From an uncultured Clostridia bacterium (GTDB taxonomy: Bacteria > Bacillota > Clostridia > Christensenellales > UBA1242): 64,000 nucleotides of DNA. The stretch is taken from the NCBI GenBank assembly GCA_947382485.1, contig CANCYS010000003.1, forward strand, positions 115,337 to 179,336. The letters are read 5' to 3'. A model generated the notes under the pieces. It was given only the letters and a program-made list of their open reading frames with translations, had not been told where the DNA came from and did no database searches. Position 1 is the stretch's first letter; every line of letters starts with the position of its first letter. Shown here piece after piece: positions 30,699 to 39,242 of the stretch. The translations under genes were made by a program, and so were the position numbers.

Positions 30699-31358
30699 AT
30701 GGCAGAAAACAATATTTCAAACAATCGTTCAAATAAAAAATCTGATTTAAATAAAACTGACATATACAATAAAAACTCAGAAAAGAAAACTGAAAACTAT
30801 AATAAAAAAACGCAAAATAATGAAAGTAACTCAGCAAAAAATGCAAAAAACAATCAAAATACATCAAAAGTTAGCGATAAATATATTCACAAGTGGTGGA
30901 TTGATGCATTAATTTTCATTGGCGGAACTTTGCTTCTTGGCGGACTTGCCACTCTTCTTGGAGGCAAAATGTTCAACTTCCAAAATTATGAAATGCCACC
31001 AGCGACTGCACCAAAAATTTTATTTCCAATAGTTTGGGCAATAATTTATCTTGCTATTGGTATATCAACATTTTTAATGTGGCGAGATAAAGAAATCAAA
31101 GAAGATAGTCGAAAAATTAATTTGATACTCTTTATTATCCACATGGTATTCAATGTTTTATGGCCACTATTTTTCTTTAAACTTGACCTTGCAATTTTCT
31201 CTGCTGTTTGGCTTGGACTTACCGTCATCTCTGCCCTTATAGTTATGTACAGATATTTCATCACAAATATTCCAGCAGGTATAATATTTATCATTTATAC
31301 GCTTTGGCTTATGTATGCAATGTACTTAAATCTTGGACTCGTTTTAATTAACTTTTAA
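30699..31358 (+). CDS. TspO/MBR family protein with Asn/Lys-rich N-terminal extension
   Basis: P..LFPIVWAIIY, NVLWPLFFF, YTLWLMYAMYLN. Confidence 0.88.
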   Translation: MAENNISNNRSNKKSDLNKTDIYNKNSEKKTENYNKKTQNNESNSAKNAKNNQNTSKVSDKYIHKWWIDALIFIGGTLLLGGLATLLGGKMFNFQNYEMPPATAPKILFPIVWAIIYLAIGISTFLMWRDKEIKEDSRKINLILFIIHMVFNVLWPLFFFKLDLAIFSAVWLGLTVISALIVMYRYFITNIPAGIIFIIYTLWLMYAMYLNLGLVLINF

Positions 31359-31359
31359 T

Positions 31360-31391
31360 AAAAAACTCGCTTAAAATTAAGCGAGTTTTTT
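31360..31391. terminator. bidirectional intrinsic terminator
   Basis: aaaaaactcgcttaa-aa-ttaagcgagtttttt between convergent genes. Confidence 0.85.
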
Positions 31392-33463
31392 TAATTTTGT
31401 TCAAATTGACTTGGGTGCTTTTTGAAAAAGTCAAATTTTGATTCAATGAACATTGGTTTATGATGTTCTTTATTTTCAAAATAATTATAAATAGGAACAT
31501 TTATTTCGTCCCAGTTGAACACCTTGTCATTTACTCCTAAATATTTTGCCACATTTTCAGTTCCACTTGGTGCAACACTATGAAGCATTATCATTGCTAC
31601 TTTTGAATAGTGAAGAGCATTAACAATTGCTGTTTTTTGTTTTTCTTTATCATTTTGGTCATAAGTTCTCACCCAATACTTATTGATGTTTCTAAGGAAG
31701 CTGTCAAGTTCGTAAATGCACATATGAAATTTATTTTCCATCATTGCTTTTTCAAATTTAAGTGCTGACATTTCACATTCTAAAAGAACTTCTTCATCAA
31801 TTTCACCATATGGAATATATCCATCAAAATCTTTCTGCCAAGTGTAAAACAATGTTCTAAGCGTTCTATTATATACATTGGTTAATAAATTGCCATCTTT
31901 AACAACTGGGTCGACATCTTCTGGTTTTGCTTCTTTATCATAAACTTTTGGATTGAATGATGAACTGGTGTTTCCAACATTAAGTGCTAAGAAATGTGCT
32001 CTTAATTGTTCATGAGTATAATGACTTAAAAGTTCATCTGCCATTGGAGGTTTGATTTGTCCTGATGAACTTGCTTTATTTCCCATAAACAAAGAATGTT
32101 TATTAACAATTAGTCTACTCATTTGAAGTTCGCCTTCTGGTGCATCAATCTCTGGTTTGCCTTTTTGTGTTGCAAACCACATTGCATGTTGTGCTGGACC
32201 ATAAAAATATGTGTTGTCTTCACCTAAAACTTGATACACCTGAGCATCTTTGCTACACCAATATTTTTTCCACTCATCATCTGCTTTACCTTTATTTTTT
32301 AAATATGCTCGTGTAAATGATATTGGTGCCCAAAGTGATTCTGGCCAACAATAAAAAGTTAAATCTGAAAGTCCTTCTCTTTCTGGTACTGGAACACCCC
32401 AAGTGATGTTTCCTGAAAGTCTGAATGGAACAAGTGTTTTGCCTGTTCTGAATCTTATTGCTGAGCCTTGATCTTCATCAAGTTTATCTTCTGGTGCAAC
32501 TTCTGCTTTTTCCCATTCAGCAAGTTTTGAACCTGAAAGAATTTGACAAGCCTTTTCCCTATCTTCAAGACTATCAAAAATAATTACAAAACTTGCCTTA
32601 CTCTTATCTTCAACTTGCACAAAATGAGGAAGTTTGCTTGATAGTTTTTCAAACTGCTCCATATAATCTTTTTTGATATATATTTCTGGTTTTTTCAAAA
32701 ACTCTTTAATCTCTTTTAAAACAAACTCTCTTGTTGATGTGTTTTTTTCAAGATATTCAATCCATTCTTTCAAAAGTTCTGTGTAGTTTTGCAAATTGAA
32801 ATACCAATTTTCAATTTTTCTGAGTTCTGGCTTTGTTCCTGTTAAAGTTGATACAGGATCAATGAGTTGCTCTGGCAAATATTGATGGCCTAAACTACAC
32901 TCATCGGCATAACCTTTATCACTTTTACAACCATCAATTGGGCATTTTCCAACAACTTGTCTACCATTTAAAAAACAATTTGCCTTTGTATCAAAAAATT
33001 GATAAGTTGAAAGTTTGCTCAAAGTTCCATTTTCATATAACCTATTAAAAAATTCATCACTCACTTTTTTATGCATATCTTTTGATGAACCAATTGCAGA
33101 ACCTTCAAACCAATCAAGACCAATTTCATAATCTTTCAAAGTGTTTATATGCTTTTTATTAAATTCTGCAACCATATCATAAATTGAACCTGCATAACCT
33201 TCTTGAACTTTTTTTCTATAAGTTTCAAGTGATGGTGAACCATAACAATCTGTTCCTGATACAAAAATTACATTTTCACTTCCAAGTTTATCTTTTAAAA
33301 ATCTCGCAAAGAAATCTGCATAAACAAACATTCCACAAACATGACCATAGTGAAGTTCCTTATTTCCATAAGGCATACCAGCAGTAACCACAGCTCTTTT
33401 TGGATATTTTGGTCTATTTGCTTTCATTCTTTCCAAAACTTCTCTCATCTTGCTACTATCCAT
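31391..33463 (-). CDS. MetRS-fold class Ia aminoacyl-tRNA synthetase homolog (divergent; specificity uncertain)
   Basis: TAGMPYGN, HIGH-like LHYGH, GTDCYG, Zn-knuckle CPIDGC..DEC, WGVPVP, KMSKS-like KASSS, helical anticodon-binding domain. Confidence 0.85.
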   Translation of the reverse strand: MDSSKMREVLERMKANRPKYPKRAVVTAGMPYGNKELHYGHVCGMFVYADFFARFLKDKLGSENVIFVSGTDCYGSPSLETYRKKVQEGYAGSIYDMVAEFNKKHINTLKDYEIGLDWFEGSAIGSSKDMHKKVSDEFFNRLYENGTLSKLSTYQFFDTKANCFLNGRQVVGKCPIDGCKSDKGYADECSLGHQYLPEQLIDPVSTLTGTKPELRKIENWYFNLQNYTELLKEWIEYLEKNTSTREFVLKEIKEFLKKPEIYIKKDYMEQFEKLSSKLPHFVQVEDKSKASFVIIFDSLEDREKACQILSGSKLAEWEKAEVAPEDKLDEDQGSAIRFRTGKTLVPFRLSGNITWGVPVPEREGLSDLTFYCWPESLWAPISFTRAYLKNKGKADDEWKKYWCSKDAQVYQVLGEDNTYFYGPAQHAMWFATQKGKPEIDAPEGELQMSRLIVNKHSLFMGNKASSSGQIKPPMADELLSHYTHEQLRAHFLALNVGNTSSSFNPKVYDKEAKPEDVDPVVKDGNLLTNVYNRTLRTLFYTWQKDFDGYIPYGEIDEEVLLECEMSALKFEKAMMENKFHMCIYELDSFLRNINKYWVRTYDQNDKEKQKTAIVNALHYSKVAMIMLHSVAPSGTENVAKYLGVNDKVFNWDEINVPIYNYFENKEHHKPMFIESKFDFFKKHPSQFEQN

Positions 33464-33487
33464 AAATATCTCCTACTACAAAACAAA

Positions 33488-33560
33488 ATAAAAATCCAAG
33501 CTGTTGCTTGGACTTTTTTTCACAAGCAACAAAATGCTTGTGCATCAATTTGATGCACAT
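33488..33560 (-). promoter_or_regulatory. transcription attenuator (alternative hairpins plus intrinsic terminator)
   Basis: Terminator AGUCCAAGC-AACA-GCUUGGAUU followed by U tract; antiterminator UGUUGCUUG:CAAGCAACA; competing hairpins UGUGCAUCA/UGAUGCACA and CACAAGCA/UGCUUGUG. Confidence 0.8.
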
Positions 33561-33561
33561 T

Positions 33562-33597
33562 TTAAAATTGTTGTTGCTCTTTTTGTAAATTAAACAT
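33562..33597 (-). CDS. leader peptide MFNLQKEQQQF
   Basis: ATG TTT AAT TTA CAA AAA GAG CAA CAA CAA TTT TAA; starts 6 nt after a -10 box and ends directly before the attenuator hairpins. Confidence 0.72.
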   Translation of the reverse strand: MFNLQKEQQQF

Positions 33598-33603
33598 ATT
33601 TAA

Positions 33604-33632
33604 ATGTTACTCCTTGAATGGTTTTTTGTCAA
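33604..33632 (-). promoter_or_regulatory. sigmaA promoter for the leader peptide and synthetase
   Basis: TTGACA-17-TAACAT; predicted +1 falls on or next to the leader ATG. Confidence 0.75.
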
Positions 33633-33654
33633 TGATTTTATTAATGCCAAAAAA

Positions 33655-34599
33655 TTACTTAACCGCATTAACAAACGAATATATATCTATTGAAATTCTT
33701 TGATGTATTGAATCTTCATTAACTTCGGCGTTATTTATAAATTCAACAACACTTTCACAAAACTCCATTTTTTCAAATATATCTTCAAAATAGTTTGAGC
33801 CAACAGAATTTTTATCAATTGTTATTGCATTGTTTGTTCCAAACATAAACCACAAACAATCATATGAATCAAAAATTATTGGAATTAAATTTATATTTTC
33901 AATATAGTTTTGATTTCTTGAAAATGCAGTTGCAGTTAATTCTTCTCCACTGCTATAACTTACAAAAAAGTACTTAGCAGTTGAATTATCTTTATCATAC
34001 TTTAAAATTGGATCATAATGATTTATTGACTTTTCACACATTGCATCAACTTTAACTTTTTTTGTTGTTTCATTGTATTCTATTGTAAAATTGCAAACAT
34101 CGTAACTTTTGTTATACTGCTCAAAATCAATCCCTTTTAAGGTGAATAACACATAAATGCTTACTGTGTATATGTTATTGTTTTTTTGATTTAATATATA
34201 AAATTTTTCAACTTTATTTGCTAATTCATTTTGACTAACATTTAATTCTCTTCCTTGCAACCACTTATTTTCAGTCAAATTTTCTGTTGATGACAACGCA
34301 TTAAGCATTAACATTAATTTTGAAACATAATTGTTATATTCATCATAAACATATGTTCCATTTAAATTGCAAGCAAAATATTCTTCATCTTCACCTTTTG
34401 TGTTATTTGAATCTTCTTCAAACTTTTGATAAGCATATTTTAATATTTTTGAAGTTGTGACTTGAACTTGCTGATTGCCATTATTATCGCCTTCATTTGA
34501 CGAATTACCAGGTTTTTTATTTTTGCATGCAACAAAAGAAAATGCACAGCACAGTATCAAACAAAAACAAGTTATACTTTTTATTAATTTTTTTACCAT
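33655..34599 (-). CDS. hypothetical lipoprotein
   Basis: Signal peptide with FVAC lipobox and N/Q-rich linker; preceded by TTGTTA-17-TATAAT-6 nt-ATG (leaderless). Confidence 0.8.
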   Translation of the reverse strand: MVKKLIKSITCFCLILCCAFSFVACKNKKPGNSSNEGDNNGNQQVQVTTSKILKYAYQKFEEDSNNTKGEDEEYFACNLNGTYVYDEYNNYVSKLMLMLNALSSTENLTENKWLQGRELNVSQNELANKVEKFYILNQKNNNIYTVSIYVLFTLKGIDFEQYNKSYDVCNFTIEYNETTKKVKVDAMCEKSINHYDPILKYDKDNSTAKYFFVSYSSGEELTATAFSRNQNYIENINLIPIIFDSYDCLWFMFGTNNAITIDKNSVGSNYFEDIFEKMEFCESVVEFINNAEVNEDSIHQRISIDIYSFVNAVK

Positions 34600-34652
34600 A
34601 CACTTATTATATCTTTTTGATTAATTTTTAACAATCAAAATACTTATAAAAT

Positions 34653-34734
34653 AAAAAAGTTTATTCACAAGAATAAACCTTTTATTTGATTTTATTTCAC
34701 CCCTTCTTAACAATTAACCCCGCCCCTTTGCACG
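34653..34734 (-). ncRNA. candidate small RNA or leaderless mini-ORF
   Basis: TGnTATACT at 34740-34748, a G-rich body and a terminator hairpin at 34653-34684. Confidence 0.35.
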
Positions 34735-34785
34735 CTTTTAGTATAACACTAAAATTTAAGATTTTGTTTAAGGCATGACACATTT

Positions 34786-35187
34786 TTATTTTTTTAATAG
34801 TGCAGTAACTTCTATTTCAATTTTAGCACCATCTCTAACCATGCGATTTACTTCAACTAATGTTGAGACAGGCATTGAATTTTTAAAATAATCTGCTCTA
34901 ATTTTTGAAACCTTATCAAACTCACTCATGTCTGTTACATAAATTACTGCTTTAATTACATCATCAAAAGATGCACCAGCAGAATTGAGTATTTCACCTA
35001 TATCAGAAAACACTTGATGTGTTTGAACTTCAATGTCATCAGAATCCACTTTTGAATTGTTTTCTTTTGAAGCATGTGCTTGAATGCCAGAAACATAAAT
35101 TAAATAATAATTTCCACAATCAACTTTTTTAGCAGGCGTATAAACACCTATTTTTTTATATCCACTTGGGCTAATGTTTTCAATCAT
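34786..35187 (-). CDS. RidA/YjgF family protein
   Basis: YVSGIQ, QTHQVF, VIYVTDM..F, PVSTLVEV, KIEIEV; start moved to MIENIS (AGGAAGG RBS). Confidence 0.92.
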   Translation of the reverse strand: MIENISPSGYKKIGVYTPAKKVDCGNYYLIYVSGIQAHASKENNSKVDSDDIEVQTHQVFSDIGEILNSAGASFDDVIKAVIYVTDMSEFDKVSKIRADYFKNSMPVSTLVEVNRMVRDGAKIEIEVTALLKK

Positions 35188-35269
35188 AACTACCTTCCTT
35201 ATAATTCTTAGTATAACATAAATAATTAGCAAAACAAATAAAAACAAGGCAAAGTTTGCCTTGTTTTTA

Positions 35270-35353
35270 TGGTGCGAGGAAAGGGGGTCGAACCCTCACT
35301 CCTTTCGGAAACCGCCCCTTAAACGATCGCGTCTGCCATTCCGCCATCCTCGC
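35270..35353 (-). tRNA. tRNA-Leu(AAG)
   Basis: GCGAGGATGGCGGAATGGCAGACGCG-ATCGT-TTAAGGG-GCGGT, long variable arm, GGTTCGA...ACCA; own promoter TAGACA-17-TATACT (35388-35416) and terminator at 35240-35268. Confidence 0.88.
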
Positions 35354-35498
35354 AAAGGGAGTTGTAATTTTTTCAAATTACGACACTAGTATAACCATTA
35401 ATTTTAATTTTGTCTAGTGTTTTTAAAAAAAATTTAAATCATTTAAATAAAAAATGACTGCTTAAACAGTCATTTCTTTCATTCATTAATTCTCTTTT

Positions 35499-35879
35499 CT
35501 ATATAGTTTTGAAAACAAGTGCTACCAAACCATTTTTTTCGATTGCTTCATACTTCTCTTGTGATAAAAATTGATCAGATGATTTTTCAAGTGGTGCATT
35601 TGGCTTAAAACCACATTTTTCTTTTCCAATGGTTTCAATGGCTTCATTGAAATTTGCAAAATACAACAAATTTTCTATCACTGCTTTTTGAGTCATGACA
35701 ATGTCACTGTTTGACTCATCTGCCATATCTTCCTTGACTTCTCTATTAAAAGTTATTTGGTTACCCACCTCATAAACTCTATGCTTTGCATCATGTATTA
35801 AAATTTGCACTGTTTTTTTGCCTGATAAAACTCGTTCAAAAGTGTCGCTGTCAAGCGTAAAAGTGTAGATATCTTCCAT
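35499..35879 (-). CDS. ASCH/PUA-like domain protein
   Basis: FERVLSGKKTVQI, VGNQITF, C-terminal EKNGLVAL. Confidence 0.75.
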   Translation of the reverse strand: MEDIYTFTLDSDTFERVLSGKKTVQILIHDAKHRVYEVGNQITFNREVKEDMADESNSDIVMTQKAVIENLLYFANFNEAIETIGKEKCGFKPNAPLEKSSDQFLSQEKYEAIEKNGLVALVFKTI

Positions 35880-35946
35880 AAAATACTCCTAAGCGTTATA
35901 AGATAATTATATTGTTATATCAACCTATTGTCAACAATAAATAATC

Positions 35947-36480
35947 TTAAACAGAGATTTCATTATTTGAATACACATTGTAATAACTCATAACTTTTTT
36001 GTAATAGTTTTTTGTTTCTAAATAATTTATCTTTTCATAAACCAAGTTTCCATTTTCATCAAGCCAGTTTTTTACTGCCCCTTCACCTGCATTATATGCA
36101 CAAATTACAACGTCTTTATTTTTAAATTTTTTGAATAAATAGTTTAAATAATAACACCCAAATTCAATATTTGTTTTTGGATTAAAAAGCATGGATTCCT
36201 CAAAGTTATTTATGCCTAAATCTTTTGCCAAATACTTTGCTGTGCTTGGCATGATTTGCATCAAACCAAGTGCACCTGATGGCGACTTTGCCTTAGATTT
36301 AAAATTGCTTTCAGTTTTTATCACCGCATAAACAAGCGCAATTTCAAGAGAATATTTTTCACTGAAACTTGTTACATAGTTTTTATATTTTGTTGGATAT
36401 AAAACAAAATTAAAAAGCAATATAAGAAAAATCGCAAAGACACTAACAATTGAGATTATGGCTATTACTAACTTCTTCAT
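35947..36480 (-). CDS. SLT-domain lytic transglycosylase
   Basis: AVIKTES, GALGLMQ, NIEFG, AYNAG, ETKNY; N-terminal TM anchor. Confidence 0.93.
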   Translation of the reverse strand: MKKLVIAIISIVSVFAIFLILLFNFVLYPTKYKNYVTSFSEKYSLEIALVYAVIKTESNFKSKAKSPSGALGLMQIMPSTAKYLAKDLGINNFEESMLFNPKTNIEFGCYYLNYLFKKFKNKDVVICAYNAGEGAVKNWLDENGNLVYEKINYLETKNYYKKVMSYYNVYSNNEISV

Positions 36481-36600
36481 AAATTTATTATATGCAAAAT
36501 TAAAAATTTTAATTTCGCAATAATAAATGTTTTAAAGCCATATTTCAATTAAAATTGTGCGGATTTGCGATTTTTTTGCGATTTTTACTATAAAATGATA

Positions 36601-39150
36601 TTAATGTCCATCACTCCATCTGAAACTTGATGCAAGGTCAACAACAAGTGGAACTTGTAATTTACAAGCATTTTCCATTTCAAATTTTAAAATTTCCTTT
36701 ACCTTTTTTTCTTCATCTTTTGGACAGTTTATTATAAGTTCATCATGAACTTGCATTATCAGTTTTGCGTTTAAATTTTCACGCTTTAAAGCATTGTATG
36801 TTTTTATCATGGCAATCTTTATTATATCAGCAGCAGTGCCTTGCAAAGGCATATTTTGACTTGCTCTTTCAACCCTGCTTCTAACCATATAATTGGTTGC
36901 ATTTATATCATATAATCTTCTTGTTCGTCCGAATAAGGTTGTGGCCTTTCCTGTTTCTTTTGCAACCCTAACCATTTCATTCATAAAATTTTCTACTGCC
37001 TGATGTTTCATAAAAAAGTTGTTTATATATTCTCTTGCAACCCTTGGTGGAACTTTTAAATCTTCCGCCAAACCATATTCACTTATTCCATAAATAATTC
37101 CAAAATTAACTACTTTGGCAGTTCTTCGCATTTTTTTGCTAACCAAAGAGTCATCAACTCCAAACACCTCACCTGCTGTTTTTGTGTGAATGTCAACACC
37201 ATCATTGAATGCGTCAACGAAAACTTTGTCTTCTGTGAAATGTGCAAGAAGTCTGAGTTCTATTTGAGAATAGTCTGCGTCTATCAAAACATGATTTTCA
37301 TCACTAGCAACAAACATACTTCTGATTTCTTTACTCTCTTCTGAGCGTACAGGTATATTTTGAAGATTTGGCTCTGTCGATGACAATCTGCCAGTTGTTG
37401 TTAAAGTTTGTTTGAAATATGTGTGAACAGTATCACTGTTATCAATATGTGGTTCTAATCCATTTATATAAGTGCTTAAAAATTTTGCAACTTTTCTATA
37501 TCTTAAAACATATTCAATGATTTCATTTTGACCTAAAAGTTCTTCCAAATTATCTGCACTTGTTGATTTCTTTTTATTATGTTTAAGACCAATCTTATCA
37601 TATAAAATTGTTGCAAGTTGTTTTGGAGAATTTATATTAAAACTTTCACCAGCAAGTTCATAGATTTTTTGTTCAATATTTTTTAGTTCTGTTTCATATT
37701 TTTCTTTAAGAGAACTTAAAACTTTTCTATCAATTTTAAACCCAACATTTTCCATTGAAAACAATACTTTTGCAAGCGGAAGTTCAACCTCATAAAACAA
37801 GTAGTTTAAATTTTCATCTTCAATTTTCTTTTTATATTCACTTTCAAGTTCAAGTAATTTTGCAGCTATGCAAGAAACATTGTCTTCATAAAACACATCA
37901 CGTATTCCACTGACTGGCACACCATCAATTAAATATTTTGCTATTGAAATGTCGAAATAGTTTTCAAGTGTGCAACCAAAATCTTTTAAATAATACATTA
38001 CTTGTTTTGAATCTAAGCATACTTTTGTAATGTTTTTGTTTTCAAAAATATCTTTGAATAGTTCAATAAATTCATAATCTTTTATGCCAGAATTAAACAA
38101 ATCATTTGAAACATTTATTTCAATTTCATTTTCATCAAAAGATAGATGTATTACATCTTTATCTATAAAAATGGCAAATTTCTCTATTTTTTTGATTTTT
38201 TCGATAACATTTTGCAATTCTTCTTTTTTTGCATAATTTTCTATTTTATATTCTTTATTGCTATTAATATGGTTTTGCGAGATGTCATCATTAACAAAAT
38301 AAGAAGCATTTTTTAACAAAGTTTTAAATTCATAGTGTTTGAAAAAATCTTGAACTTCAAGTGAAAATGGAAAATCAAATGTACAATCTTCAAGAGTTAT
38401 ATTTAATCTATCACCAGTCACTATTGTTGCAAGTTGCTTTGATAAAAATGCAAGTTCTTTTCCCTGTTCAAGTTTCTCTTTCACCTTTCCAGAAATTTCA
38501 TTTATACTATTATATATATTTTCAAGTGAACCATATTTTTGAATAAGTTCAGTTGCAGTTTTTGGGCCAACACCTGCAACACCTGGAATGTTATCTGACG
38601 AATCACCTTGGAGTGCTTTTACATCAATAAACTGTTTTGGTGAAACTCCATATTCTTTTTCAAGTTCTTTAACAGTCATAACTTTTAAATCACTTGTTCC
38701 CTTTTTCGTAAAGTATACAGACACATTTTTATTTACGAGTTGAAAAGAATCTCTATCCCCAGTCACAATGATTGTTTCAACATCAGTGAACTTTCTAGAA
38801 ATTATACCAATTATATCATCGCCTTCTAATCCTTCTTTTTCAGATATTGCAACATTCATAAGTTTGAGCATTTTTTTGAGAGGTTCAATTTGACTGTGAA
38901 GTTCATCTGGCATTGGTTTTCTTGTTGCCTTATAACCCACATACATTTCATGTCTAAATGTTTTCTTAGATACATCAAATGCAACAACCATATATTTAGG
39001 TTTTATATTTTCTATAATATGCAAAATTTGTATAGCAAAACCATACACAGCATTTGAATATTCACCTTTTGAATTTGAAAGCAATGGCAAGGCATAAAAT
39101 GAACGATAGAAAATACTATTACCATCTATTATAACTAACTTATCTGACAT
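36601..39150 (-). CDS. polA: DNA polymerase I
   Basis: 5'-3' exonuclease (IDGNS, EGDD, GDSSDNIPG) and polymerase motifs TTGRLSS, DYSQIELR, QVHDEL. Confidence 0.98.
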   Translation of the reverse strand: MSDKLVIIDGNSIFYRSFYALPLLSNSKGEYSNAVYGFAIQILHIIENIKPKYMVVAFDVSKKTFRHEMYVGYKATRKPMPDELHSQIEPLKKMLKLMNVAISEKEGLEGDDIIGIISRKFTDVETIIVTGDRDSFQLVNKNVSVYFTKKGTSDLKVMTVKELEKEYGVSPKQFIDVKALQGDSSDNIPGVAGVGPKTATELIQKYGSLENIYNSINEISGKVKEKLEQGKELAFLSKQLATIVTGDRLNITLEDCTFDFPFSLEVQDFFKHYEFKTLLKNASYFVNDDISQNHINSNKEYKIENYAKKEELQNVIEKIKKIEKFAIFIDKDVIHLSFDENEIEINVSNDLFNSGIKDYEFIELFKDIFENKNITKVCLDSKQVMYYLKDFGCTLENYFDISIAKYLIDGVPVSGIRDVFYEDNVSCIAAKLLELESEYKKKIEDENLNYLFYEVELPLAKVLFSMENVGFKIDRKVLSSLKEKYETELKNIEQKIYELAGESFNINSPKQLATILYDKIGLKHNKKKSTSADNLEELLGQNEIIEYVLRYRKVAKFLSTYINGLEPHIDNSDTVHTYFKQTLTTTGRLSSTEPNLQNIPVRSEESKEIRSMFVASDENHVLIDADYSQIELRLLAHFTEDKVFVDAFNDGVDIHTKTAGEVFGVDDSLVSKKMRRTAKVVNFGIIYGISEYGLAEDLKVPPRVAREYINNFFMKHQAVENFMNEMVRVAKETGKATTLFGRTRRLYDINATNYMVRSRVERASQNMPLQGTAADIIKIAMIKTYNALKRENLNAKLIMQVHDELIINCPKDEEKKVKEILKFEMENACKLQVPLVVDLASSFRWSDGH

Positions 39151-39242
39151 ACTTCACCTAATTATCTTTTATAATTTAAGTATAACATTTTTTATATAAA
39201 ATAAAAACAAAAAGACTAAAATCTTTTTGTTTTTTGAATTTT

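Noticed and set aside
33464-33640. T-box or SAM riboswitch upstream of the MetRS-like gene
   Set aside because: There is no GGTGGnACC T-box motif or S-box core, and the leader is short. A leader-peptide attenuator explains the structure.
35316-35323. Reading the tRNA-Leu anticodon as TAA
   Set aside because: That register leaves the anticodon stem unpaired (GATCG against GGCGG); AAG gives a 5-bp stem and G37.
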